A stretch of DNA of 64,000 nucleotides from Planctomycetota bacterium. Lineage in GTDB: Bacteria; Planctomycetota; UBA1135; JACQFD01. This document shows positions 8,774-17,046 of this stretch, piece by piece (the first letter of the stretch is position 1; each line of letters opens with the position of its first letter). Under the pieces are notes generated by a model, which was not told the DNA's origin, ran no database searches, and saw nothing but the letters and a program-made list of their open reading frames with translations. A program made the position numbers and the translations under genes. The stretch is from the NCBI GenBank assembly GCA_016200225.1, contig JACQFD010000022.1:175362-239361 (forward strand), in the 5' to 3' direction.

Positions 8774-10114
8774 GTGACGCCGGCCTTCGCCGAAACGGGG
8801 AGCGAAACCCGGCTAAGTTGCGGGGGGTTCGAATGCCGAAAGAGAGACGGTCGTGGCGGACCGTTCCCAAAGCTTTCGGGAGTCTTGCCTTTGCGTACTT
8901 TTGTCCCAGTTATCGTTTTACTAGGTCTTTCTGCTTCGATCCCGCTCGCGCATGAGTGGGTGATCAACCGTCAACAGCGTTTTCGCATCGAGGAAGAGAG
9001 CCAAATCCAGTCGTTGCGCCGTCAACTCGACGACGCCAATGCGGAGCTTTCCGATCTAAAGAACCTGAAGGCGCGCGCGCCCGAGCAGGCCGAGAAACTC
9101 CACGCCCTTGAGGCGACGCTCGCGAAAATGGGGACGCGCCTCACGGACTTCGACGTGCGCGTGGATTCGTCGATCAAGCAACTTTCGCAGCTCCACGAAA
9201 CGACGAGCAAACTCGAAGATCGAAGCCGCGAAGGCGCGGTTCGCGAAGCGACCCAAGAGGCGAAGCGCGCGGTCGAGGCCGTGCAGGCGGATGTTAAGAC
9301 TAAAATCGAAACCGTCGAAGGCCGTTTTCGCGACGACATCAAGCGCCTTGAACAAATACAACAAACGCCGCGCAACGAACGCGATATCGATTCGATGGCG
9401 CAGTCGATGCTCGCGCCCATCGTGCAACTGAACGGCGAAGATACAGTTGGAAGCGGCGTGTTGATATATTCGCAAAAAGATGGTAATAATAAAACCGTCA
9501 CGCTCGTCCTGTCGTCCTACCACGTCGTACGGAACATCCTCGCCGAAACCGGCGACGCGAACAAAGACAAGGGAATCCGGCTTAATTTATATGTCGATGG
9601 AACGACCGCGCAGGAAGTCGCCGACATGGTCGCGCACGACGAAGACCGCGATCTCGTATTGTTAAAAATGCGCGGCGAACGGATCTGTAAATCCGTCGCG
9701 CGGCTTTTCCGTCCCGAAAACGCGCCGGCAATTTCGGTGTTTTCGCCCATTTACGCGGTCGGTTGTCCGCTTGGCAACGATCCGATTCCGACCGGCGGCG
9801 AAATCGCGAGTCTTAAGAATAGTGTAAATAATAGAAACTACTGGATGATCAACGCGCCGACGTACTTCGGCAATTCCGGCGGCGGCGTATTTTTAGCAAA
9901 GTCGCACGAACTCATCGGAATATTTTCAAAAATATATACACACGGAACCGGGCGACCGACCGTGATTCCGCACATGGGCCTCGTGACGCCGATCGATTCC
10001 GTGGGGGAGTTTCTCGAAAAGAACGGATACGGTTTCGCCGTCAAGGCGCCGAGCGCGCCGGCGGCGGAAACGAGTAATAATAAAGAAAGCGGCGCCGCGG
10101 TCTCGAAGAAATAG
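8774..10114 (+). CDS. membrane-anchored coiled-coil protein with C-terminal trypsin-like (S1) serine protease domain
   Basis: GTG start. There is a TM/signal-anchor segment (VLPLRTFVPVIVLLGLSASIPLA) and about 150 aa of heptad-like, E/K/R-rich sequence. The C-terminus carries a chymotrypsin-fold triad in order: SSYHVV (His), DRDLVLLKM (Asp), GNSGGGVF (Ser). Confidence 0.7.
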   Translation: MTPAFAETGSETRLSCGGFECRKRDGRGGPFPKLSGVLPLRTFVPVIVLLGLSASIPLAHEWVINRQQRFRIEEESQIQSLRRQLDDANAELSDLKNLKARAPEQAEKLHALEATLAKMGTRLTDFDVRVDSSIKQLSQLHETTSKLEDRSREGAVREATQEAKRAVEAVQADVKTKIETVEGRFRDDIKRLEQIQQTPRNERDIDSMAQSMLAPIVQLNGEDTVGSGVLIYSQKDGNNKTVTLVLSSYHVVRNILAETGDANKDKGIRLNLYVDGTTAQEVADMVAHDEDRDLVLLKMRGERICKSVARLFRPENAPAISVFSPIYAVGCPLGNDPIPTGGEIASLKNSVNNRNYWMINAPTYFGNSGGGVFLAKSHELIGIFSKIYTHGTGRPTVIPHMGLVTPIDSVGEFLEKNGYGFAVKAPSAPAAETSNNKESGAAVSKK

Positions 10115-10137
10115 TAAAAAGTTAGTTCGGGCGCCGT

Positions 10138-11013
10138 TCAACGAATGCTTACATTCACGGCCGCGCGCTCCGGCGCGGCGCCCGCCCCGGCCGTTTCATT
10201 AAAATAAATAATCGCGTCGCGGCCCTTCACGCCCGCGCCCGCGAGCGACCGGGTGCGCCCGCCTTCCGCGCGCGGCGCCACACGCGACGGCGGCCCGCAC
10301 GCCGCGCCGTCGCGGCCGAGCGGAATCGCATAAATAAACGATTCGCCGTTGGGGTCGTCGTCGGACTCGAATACAACCATTCCGCCGTCCGCGTCGCATG
10401 CGATCGAAATCGGACCGCCGCGGCAGCGGGCTTCCGGAATTACATTTACGGACTCGCAGCGAATTCCCGCGCCCGCCGCCTCGAATTTGATAATATGTAA
10501 TTCCTTCCGGGCGCCGTTCGCCGATTTGCACAGCGCCGCCGCGAACCACGCGCCCGTCATGCCGTCGACGGCCGCGGCGCCCAATTGAATAATGTTAGGA
10601 TAATCGCCGTCGAACGGCGCGTGCGCCTTTTCGATATTTTGCGAATTCTTGGCAAATGCGAATCGTAATGTTTCGTCGCCGCCGTCCGACCGCCCGATCC
10701 AAACGGCCGCTCCGCCTCCGAACCAGGAGGAGTCCGGCATGCAACATAACAAATTTGCCGCCTCGTCCCACGGCGATACGAGAATCGGTATTTGTCCGGC
10801 AAATGTCATATAAACTCCCGAATTCTCCGCCGAACGTCGTATTGTGCATATCCAGGATCGCGCGCTTTCTGGCGCAGTGCCGCGCGCGGCCGTTTCGGCC
10901 AGCGCCGCCCCTTGTCGCTCGCTTACAATAATTCTTTTCTCGCGCGCGCCGCCCGCGCAACCGGCCGCGAATGCGACGACAAGCGCCGGAGCCGCGAAAA
11001 ACTTAATATTCAT
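10138..11013 (-). CDS. lipoprotein (hypothetical)
   Basis: The internal start MNIKFFAAPALVVAFAAGCAGG provides a lipobox. It makes an ATGA overlap with the upstream btuF-like gene. The six-frame ORF extends to 11058. Confidence 0.5.
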   Translation of the reverse strand: MNIKFFAAPALVVAFAAGCAGGAREKRIIVSERQGAALAETAARGTAPESARSWICTIRRSAENSGVYMTFAGQIPILVSPWDEAANLLCCMPDSSWFGGGAAVWIGRSDGGDETLRFAFAKNSQNIEKAHAPFDGDYPNIIQLGAAAVDGMTGAWFAAALCKSANGARKELHIIKFEAAGAGIRCESVNVIPEARCRGGPISIACDADGGMVVFESDDDPNGESFIYAIPLGRDGAACGPPSRVAPRAEGGRTRSLAGAGVKGRDAIIYFNETAGAGAAPERAAVNVSIR

Positions 11014-11816
11014 GCGAGAGATTCGAAACCGCGCACGCGCGCCGCGAGTTTTCCGCAATATTCAATTCCGTCGACGGTGCGCGAACCGTACCACGCAAGG
11101 TACTGGCCGTCGCAGAGCATGACGCGTTTCGTCGGCAATTGTACAATCGCGGCGATTTCCGTCGCGTGTTGCGCTACAAACTCAAACGGCTCGTTCGGCA
11201 ACAAGACCACTTCGAGTCCCTGTTCGCGCCGCGCCGCCTCCAGTTCTTCTTTTGTAATTTTAGGATAACGCTCGGGACGCGATGCGTAAATATTATCGAA
11301 ACCCGACAGCTCGAGCATGTCGTGCATGAACGTGTCCGCGTTCAATGTCATGAAAGGCGCTTTCCATATCAAACAGGCTGCGCGGATCTTTTTATTCGTT
11401 ATCGCCGCGGCCCGCGCCGCCGCCACGCGCCTTTCGATCTCCGACGCGACTCCGTCCGCTTCCGATTCGCAGCCCGTCGCCGCGCCGATGTCGCGCATCA
11501 TCGCGGCCGTGTCGATTACTTTTCTTGGAAATGTATTCAAAACGGGAATTCCCCGCGCGCGAATTTCATCATAATCTTCGACGCGATTTTCCTCTTCATT
11601 CATGATCACGAGATCCGCGTTCAATGAATAAATCGCCTCGAGATCGGGAAGTTTGCTGCCGCCGACCTTCGTAATATTCTCGACCGCCTCGAACGGATGG
11701 ACACAATATTCGGTAACGCCGACGACGCGCGGACCCGCGCCGATTGTAAATAACGCTTCCGTGATGGACGGACAAAGCGAAATAATACGATTCGGACGCG
11801 CCATGTTCGGTTCCAT
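11010..11816 (-). CDS. BtuF/TroA-like (class III ABC substrate-binding fold) cobalamin/iron-siderophore binding protein homolog lacking a signal peptide
   Basis: The N-terminus NRIISLCPSITEALFTIGAGPRVVGVTEYCVHP...LNADLVIM matches the helical-backbone SBP family. There is no N-terminal hydrophobic segment, and only 3 bp separate it from the upstream MBL gene. Confidence 0.6.
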   Translation of the reverse strand: MEPNMARPNRIISLCPSITEALFTIGAGPRVVGVTEYCVHPFEAVENITKVGGSKLPDLEAIYSLNADLVIMNEEENRVEDYDEIRARGIPVLNTFPRKVIDTAAMMRDIGAATGCESEADGVASEIERRVAAARAAAITNKKIRAACLIWKAPFMTLNADTFMHDMLELSGFDNIYASRPERYPKITKEELEAARREQGLEVVLLPNEPFEFVAQHATEIAAIVQLPTKRVMLCDGQYLAWYGSRTVDGIEYCGKLAARVRGFESLA

Positions 11817-11819
11817 TGA

Positions 11820-12668
11820 TTATTGCGACAACGGCGCATGCGACCATGCCCCGCCGTCTTTCTTAAAATAAACAAAGTCGATTTCGGGATCGTGATAGAG
11901 AGCGCCGATCCAGTTTCCGTCGACCGCGCGTTGAATCCAGCGCCGGCGGACCTCGAAGCTCTTTTGTACATTTAAATCGTACGCCATTATATAGTTCGGG
12001 TTCACATGATTCCGCGTGGGAACGACGTCCGACCAAAAACAAAGCGTGTCGCCGCCGCCTTCAATTGTAATAATACTGACGCCGTCGCTGTGGCCGCCGA
12101 TTTGATGAATCGTGATTCCCTCGTCGATTTTTAACGTTTCGGAATCGAATGTATCCAATAGCCCGCCATTTAGCAAGATTTCCGCATCGTCCGGCCGATA
12201 GCTCGCGCGCCGCGCCGAATCGCGCGCGAGGCTGACCTCCAGTTCGATTTTCGGTATCCAATGGCGCGCGTTTACAAATTCGGGAGCCGCCGCGTCGCAT
12301 CGAATCGCGGCGCCGGCGTGATCCAGATGAAAATGCGTCAAAACGACGCACCGGATCTTGCCGGGCTCCATTCCAGCCTGCTCGAGCGAATTTAATATAT
12401 TTCTCGACTCGTCGATTTGATATATCTTGCGCGCGCGCGCGTCCCACCGTCCGCCGATTCCGGGTTCTATTAAAATCGGGCCGCACTTCGCGCCTTCGAC
12501 CAGCAGCGGCCGCGTCGCGATCGGAACTGTATAATCATTCGAACGGGGCGGCTCGAGTTTTTCCCAGATCACGCGCGGCACGATGCCGAACATGGCGCCG
12601 CCGTCGAGTCGAAAATCGCGGTCGCGCAATCCGGTGACGCGATAGCGGCCGATTGTTAACGTGCGCAT
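11820..12668 (-). CDS. MBL-fold metallo-hydrolase
   Basis: Carries the HxHxDH motif (VVLTHFHLDHAG) and is 282 aa. Confidence 0.75.
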   Translation of the reverse strand: MRTLTIGRYRVTGLRDRDFRLDGGAMFGIVPRVIWEKLEPPRSNDYTVPIATRPLLVEGAKCGPILIEPGIGGRWDARARKIYQIDESRNILNSLEQAGMEPGKIRCVVLTHFHLDHAGAAIRCDAAAPEFVNARHWIPKIELEVSLARDSARRASYRPDDAEILLNGGLLDTFDSETLKIDEGITIHQIGGHSDGVSIITIEGGGDTLCFWSDVVPTRNHVNPNYIMAYDLNVQKSFEVRRRWIQRAVDGNWIGALYHDPEIDFVYFKKDGGAWSHAPLSQ

Positions 12669-12680
12669 GATCGCGCCAAC

Positions 12681-12715
12681 ATATCAAAATCCCGCGCGGC
12701 CGCAAGACGGCCGCG
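12681..12715 (-). terminator. rho-independent terminator candidate after the GGDEF gene
   Basis: An 8-bp GC stem (cgcggccg/cggccgcg at 12695-12715) with a 5-nt loop is followed, on the minus strand, by a T-rich run (plus-strand atatcaaaat). Confidence 0.5.
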
Positions 12716-12731
12716 GCGGCGCGGGCGGCGG

Positions 12732-14390
12732 TTACTTCTCCGTTACCGCCACGATACGATTCCGTCCCTCGTTCTTCGCGCGGTACAGCGCTTGATCGGC
12801 TTTCTTTAATAAGTCTCCGCTCTGCGTTCCGTGTTCGGGGAACCATGCGGCGCCCGCGCTGAATGTTAATTGACGCAGGAATCCGCCGTCTTCCGATCGC
12901 AGTTCGATATGTAGTGTCGTCCGAATATTATCAAGATGCGCCAGTGCGTCTTCCTTCTTGTCGAAAACCATCCCGAGCAGCAATTCCTCGCCGCCGAGAC
13001 GTCCCGCGACGTCGCCCGGACTCGTGCACGCGCGCAAGTGCGCGGAGAGTTCGCGGAGAACGCGGTCGCCGGCGGGGTGTCCGAGTTCGTCGTTGACCTG
13101 TTTGAAATGATCGATATCCAGAATTGCAACGAGCACGCCGCGATCCTGGTCCTTCGTCGATTGTATCAAATCGTCGACCGCGATCAACGACGCCGAGCGA
13201 TTTAACAATTCAGTCAACGGATCCGCGTCGAGGCGTCGGCGCAGCGCGCGGTGGCGGCGGAGTTGTGTATCGATCGTTTCGACGAGTTCGTCCGGAGCGA
13301 ACGGTTTTGTAAGAAAGTCGTCGGCTCCCGCGCGAATCGCGGCGCGGCGGTCGCGGCGCTCGGTGCGGCCCGTGCAAAAAACGATTGGTAACAATTCGTG
13401 TCGCGCGTCGGAGCGGATGATGCGGGCGAGATCGTGTCCGTTGACCTGCGGCAGATCCCAATCTAACAATAAAACTTCGGGGCGGAAATCGCTCAATTCC
13501 TCGAGCAGGCGCTCCGGTCTCGAAATGACGCGAACGGTGTGTCCGACGGGTTTTAGGATCTCCTCGATCGCACGCATGTAGTCGGCGTCGTCTTCGACAC
13601 TAAGAATACGGGATTTTAAGAATCCGTCGTCCATCGTATCCGGCCGCAGCACCGATTTCAGTTCGAACGCGCGATGGATCATCCGGTGCGCGCGCGACGG
13701 CGACATTTTCAGTAAATTAAATTGTGAATTTCCTTCTGTAAATAATATTCGTAAACACGGCGCGGCCGGCGCATCCGCGATCGTACGGCAAAGCGAGTAG
13801 CCGTCGCCCGCGGCATTCACATCGATTAATGCGAGCGCAGCGCCCGAACATTGCGTTGGCGCCAATTCAGGCGCGACAAATCTTGCTTCAAATCCGGTCG
13901 CCGTCAATTCCTGCTTGAGCGCGTTCACCATGGACGATTCGCGGTTTGCTACAATACAGCCGATGCCGCGCCGCATTTCGCGATCCGGAGACGGAATCGG
14001 CGTCGACGGCAATGGCGGCGCGGTTGTCGCGGGTTGAATCGGCGAGGCGGGACGCCCGAGAGCGACGGCTTCGTTCTCGAAACTTTCCGTTAGTTTGTCC
14101 AGAAGCGCCGGCAGTTCGGCCGGAATGGTAGTAACATTCGATAATAAACGTTCGGATTCGCGTGCGATCGTTCCGCTCTTCGGAAATCCTAATAATCCGG
14201 CGCTTCCCGCGAGTTTATGAAAGGCAACTCTCAATTGATCGAGCGCGCGCGCGTCGGAGCCGGCCTCCGAGTACAGCCGCCTCAGCTCCGCGACACGTTG
14301 GGTTCGCGCCGACGCAAAGTCTTGTTGTAATTGCTGAAGTGCGGGCGGAACGGAGTATGTTTCATTCATGTTGATTTGCCTGCTTTGCAC
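12732..14390 (-). CDS. Hpt-REC-REC-GGDEF response-regulator diguanylate cyclase (GGEEL active-site variant)
   Basis: An N-terminal Hpt-like helix (HKLAGSAGLLGF) is followed by a degenerate receiver, then a canonical receiver (ILSVEDDADYMRAIEEIL...LLLDWDLP...TKPF). The GGDEF domain reads DPLTELLNRSA...RLGGEELLLGM. The start may be the internal MNETYS at 14369. Confidence 0.8.
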   Translation of the reverse strand: MQSRQINMNETYSVPPALQQLQQDFASARTQRVAELRRLYSEAGSDARALDQLRVAFHKLAGSAGLLGFPKSGTIARESERLLSNVTTIPAELPALLDKLTESFENEAVALGRPASPIQPATTAPPLPSTPIPSPDREMRRGIGCIVANRESSMVNALKQELTATGFEARFVAPELAPTQCSGAALALIDVNAAGDGYSLCRTIADAPAAPCLRILFTEGNSQFNLLKMSPSRAHRMIHRAFELKSVLRPDTMDDGFLKSRILSVEDDADYMRAIEEILKPVGHTVRVISRPERLLEELSDFRPEVLLLDWDLPQVNGHDLARIIRSDARHELLPIVFCTGRTERRDRRAAIRAGADDFLTKPFAPDELVETIDTQLRRHRALRRRLDADPLTELLNRSASLIAVDDLIQSTKDQDRGVLVAILDIDHFKQVNDELGHPAGDRVLRELSAHLRACTSPGDVAGRLGGEELLLGMVFDKKEDALAHLDNIRTTLHIELRSEDGGFLRQLTFSAGAAWFPEHGTQSGDLLKKADQALYRAKNEGRNRIVAVTEK

Positions 14391-14808
14391 ACGTCTTCTG
14401 ATTGTTTAAAATCGAGCGAATCCTTCCCGCGAACGATTTGATATCGAATGGTTTCGACAATACGTCGACCGCGCCCATCGCGCGTAATTGTTGAATTTCT
14501 TCCTCACCGTCTCGCGCCGAGAGAAATGCGATCGGCGTCGTGTCGCCGCCCGGGAGTTCCCGCAATTTGTTATAAGTTTCAACGCCGCTCATGCCCGGCA
14601 TGCATACATCCAGGATGACCATGGCCGGCCGGTCCGCCGCGAACAATTCGACGGCCTCGGCGCCCGACGAGGCCGAGATTACAGTAAAACTCCCGAATTG
14701 CGCGAGCGATATATTAATTATCGTTCGCATCAATTCGTCGTCGTCGCAAATGAGTATTCTCTCTCCTGTTTCCACGATTTTTTTGATCGACCACGCGCGC
14801 CTCTCCAA
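14362..14808 (-). CDS. single-domain CheY-like response regulator
   Basis: ILICDDDELMRTIINISL...MVILDVCMPGMSGVETYNKLR...LSKPF over 148 aa. Confidence 0.8.
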   Translation of the reverse strand: MERRAWSIKKIVETGERILICDDDELMRTIINISLAQFGSFTVISASSGAEAVELFAADRPAMVILDVCMPGMSGVETYNKLRELPGGDTTPIAFLSARDGEEEIQQLRAMGAVDVLSKPFDIKSFAGRIRSILNNQKTCAKQANQHE

Positions 14809-14961
14809 TCGCGCAATGGTCTCCGCTTGTATTCGACCAACTCACGGCGTCCAACTGAATCGAACGCGCCGCGGAAACGTTTTCCGCCGGCGGCGTTGCT
14901 GAGATTCGTGCGGAAAGAAATTCCGCAATGCGCAACGCGGCCTGCGCAGCGGACGCTGCGA

Positions 14962-16140
14962 TTAACTCATCTTCAAAATATTCCGGGAAATCACGATCCG
15001 CTGAATTTCGCTCGTGCCCTCGCCGATCGTGCAGAGTTTTGCATCGCGCCAATACCGTTCGACGGGGTATTCCTGAGAATAGCCGTTTCCGCCGAATATT
15101 TGTATTGATTCGTAGGTCGCGCGCATCGCGACTTCCGATGCATACAATTTTGCCATCGCGCTTTCTTTACCAAAAGGCAATCCGGCATCCTTCAATCGCG
15201 CCGCGTGATATACCAAATGTCGCGCCGCCTCGATTTCTGTGGCCATCGTCGCAATCTTAAATGCCACGGCTTGCTGTTCGGAGAGCGGTTTTCCGAACGC
15301 GATTCTTTGTTTCGAATAATTAACAGCATGATCGAGCGCGCCTTCCGCGATTCCGAGCGCGAGCGCGCCGATCGAAATGCGACCGCCCTCCAGCGTTTTC
15401 ATAAATGTTTTGAATCCGTCGCCTTCCGGGCCGACCATGTTTTCGGCGGGAAGTTCGCAATCGTCGAATACTAACGATCCCCAATCGGATCCGCGCATGC
15501 CGAGTTTCTCCTCGCCTTTTTCAATAAAAAATCCCCTGGTCGTCCGCGGCATCACGAACGCGGAAATTCCCCGCACGCCGAGCGATTTGTCGGTGACGGC
15601 GGTGCAAATGAACGTATCCGCGAAATTCGCATTTGTAATAAAACATTTCCGGCCGTTCAGAATATAACGATCGCCCTTTTTTGCCGCGGTCGTTTTCGTA
15701 CCGCCCGCGTCGGATCCCGCGCCGGGTTCGGTGAGTCCGTACGCGCCGAGGACGCGGCCGCTCGCGAGGTCGGGCACGAAGGTTTTCTTTAAATTATCAT
15801 TTCCCCACGCGAAGATCGGATATGTGCCGAGCGACGTGTGCGCCGCGAGCGTCAACGCGGTGCTCGCGCACGATTTTGCGAATTCCTCGATGACGAGCGC
15901 GTACGACAGGGTCCCGAGACCGGCGCCGCCGTATTCTTCGCCGATCGGAATACCACAAATCCCGAGATCGGCCATTTTTTTCCAGTTTTCGACGGGAAAC
16001 CGGCAGTTCTTATCAATTTCGCGCGCGATGGGCGCGACTTCGTCTTGCACGAACTTTCGCACGGTCTCGACGAGCATCTTTTGCTCGTCGGTGAGATCGA
16101 GTCCGGTGGTCATCGCGGTTGTCGACGGTTGGGAAGCCAT
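14962..16140 (-). CDS. acyl-CoA dehydrogenase
   Basis: 392 aa with ACAD N-, middle and C-terminal signatures (GIPIGEEYGGAGLG, YGLTEPGAGSDAG, QIFGGNGYSQEYPVERYWRDAKL). Confidence 0.85.
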   Translation of the reverse strand: MASQPSTTAMTTGLDLTDEQKMLVETVRKFVQDEVAPIAREIDKNCRFPVENWKKMADLGICGIPIGEEYGGAGLGTLSYALVIEEFAKSCASTALTLAAHTSLGTYPIFAWGNDNLKKTFVPDLASGRVLGAYGLTEPGAGSDAGGTKTTAAKKGDRYILNGRKCFITNANFADTFICTAVTDKSLGVRGISAFVMPRTTRGFFIEKGEEKLGMRGSDWGSLVFDDCELPAENMVGPEGDGFKTFMKTLEGGRISIGALALGIAEGALDHAVNYSKQRIAFGKPLSEQQAVAFKIATMATEIEAARHLVYHAARLKDAGLPFGKESAMAKLYASEVAMRATYESIQIFGGNGYSQEYPVERYWRDAKLCTIGEGTSEIQRIVISRNILKMS

Positions 16141-16168
16141 GTTGCGTTAATTAATAAATTAATATTTC

Positions 16169-16531
16169 TTAATCTTCGTCGGCGGAGAATTCTTCGATGG
16201 TGATGTTTTCGCGGGGTTGCGCCGTTCGCTTGGCGATTTTTGTAACATAATGAATCAGCGGCTTGCGTTCGGCTTCGGCGGACGCGTCGTCATCTTGATA
16301 TTCGCGCGTGCGGCCCGCGGCGAGCCATTCGAGGAGCGCTTTCTTCGAAAACCTCCATTCGCGGCCGACTTTTCGCCCGGGCAAATCCTCCGACTTGAGA
16401 ACTTTGGCGAATGTTTTTGTAGAAATACCGAGAAACGCCGCAGCCTCCTCGAATCCCAGCACTTCGCGCGGAGTCACGCCCATTTCGGATGCGGCGATTG
16501 GATCGTTTGGATCCGGGGATGATTCTTGCAT
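16169..16531 (-). CDS. small helix-turn-helix DNA-binding protein (excisionase/MerR-like HTH family)
   Basis: 120 aa. The HTH reads VLGFEEAAAFLGISTKTFAKVLKSEDLPGRKVGREWRFSKKALLEWL, and the C-terminal tail is acidic. Confidence 0.55.
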   Translation of the reverse strand: MQESSPDPNDPIAASEMGVTPREVLGFEEAAAFLGISTKTFAKVLKSEDLPGRKVGREWRFSKKALLEWLAAGRTREYQDDDASAEAERKPLIHYVTKIAKRTAQPRENITIEEFSADED

Positions 16532-16578
16532 TTGCGTCCGGTGCGCGATTGTTTATGAAAAATATACTTTGGGTATTC

Positions 16579-16998
16579 TTAATGATTTGCCGCGGCGCGC
16601 CTGCGTCCGACTTCGCTTTCGATATATTCCGCGATCTCGTCGGTCGTGCTTCCGGGGCCGAAGAGGCGCGCGAACCCGAGAGTCCGCAGCGATTCGACGT
16701 CTTCTTTTGGAATAATCCCGCCGCCCGTCAATACGACGTTTTCGGCGCCTCGGCTTCGGAGCAGCTCGGCGATTTTTGGAAAAAGAGTCATATGCGCTCC
16801 CGAGAGAATCGAGAGCCCGACGGCATCGACGTCTTCCTGAATCGCGGCCTCGACGATCGATTCGGGAGTCTGGTGGAGTCCGGTGTAAATCACCTCCATG
16901 CCGCGATCGCGCAGCGCGCTCGCGACGACTTTTGCGCCGCGATCGTGGCCGTCGAGGCCGGGCTTCGCGACCAAGACACGAATTTTTTCGGAGGTCAT
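16579..16998 (-). CDS. methylmalonyl-CoA mutase family B12-binding (small/C-terminal) subunit
   Basis: [35 protein letters not shown] carries the DxHxxG cobalamin-binding motif. Confidence 0.85.
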   Translation of the reverse strand: MTSEKIRVLVAKPGLDGHDRGAKVVASALRDRGMEVIYTGLHQTPESIVEAAIQEDVDAVGLSILSGAHMTLFPKIAELLRSRGAENVVLTGGGIIPKEDVESLRTLGFARLFGPGSTTDEIAEYIESEVGRRRAAANH

Positions 16999-17046
16999 AT
17001 CGCCAAGGTATCAGATCGGCGCCGCATCGTCGATGCTAAGAATATT

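Noticed and set aside
8818-8840. tRNA-like T-loop string (ggggttcgaatgcc).
   Set aside because: Flanking sequence does not form a T-stem or acceptor stem. It lies inside the coding N-terminus of the S1-protease gene. No cloverleaf can be drawn.
16169-16531. The excisionase-family HTH gene as a marker of an integrated mobile element.
   Set aside because: There is no integrase, recombinase, attachment-site-like direct repeats, tRNA, or compositional shift nearby. The gene sits inside a metabolic operon, so it is better read as a small regulator.
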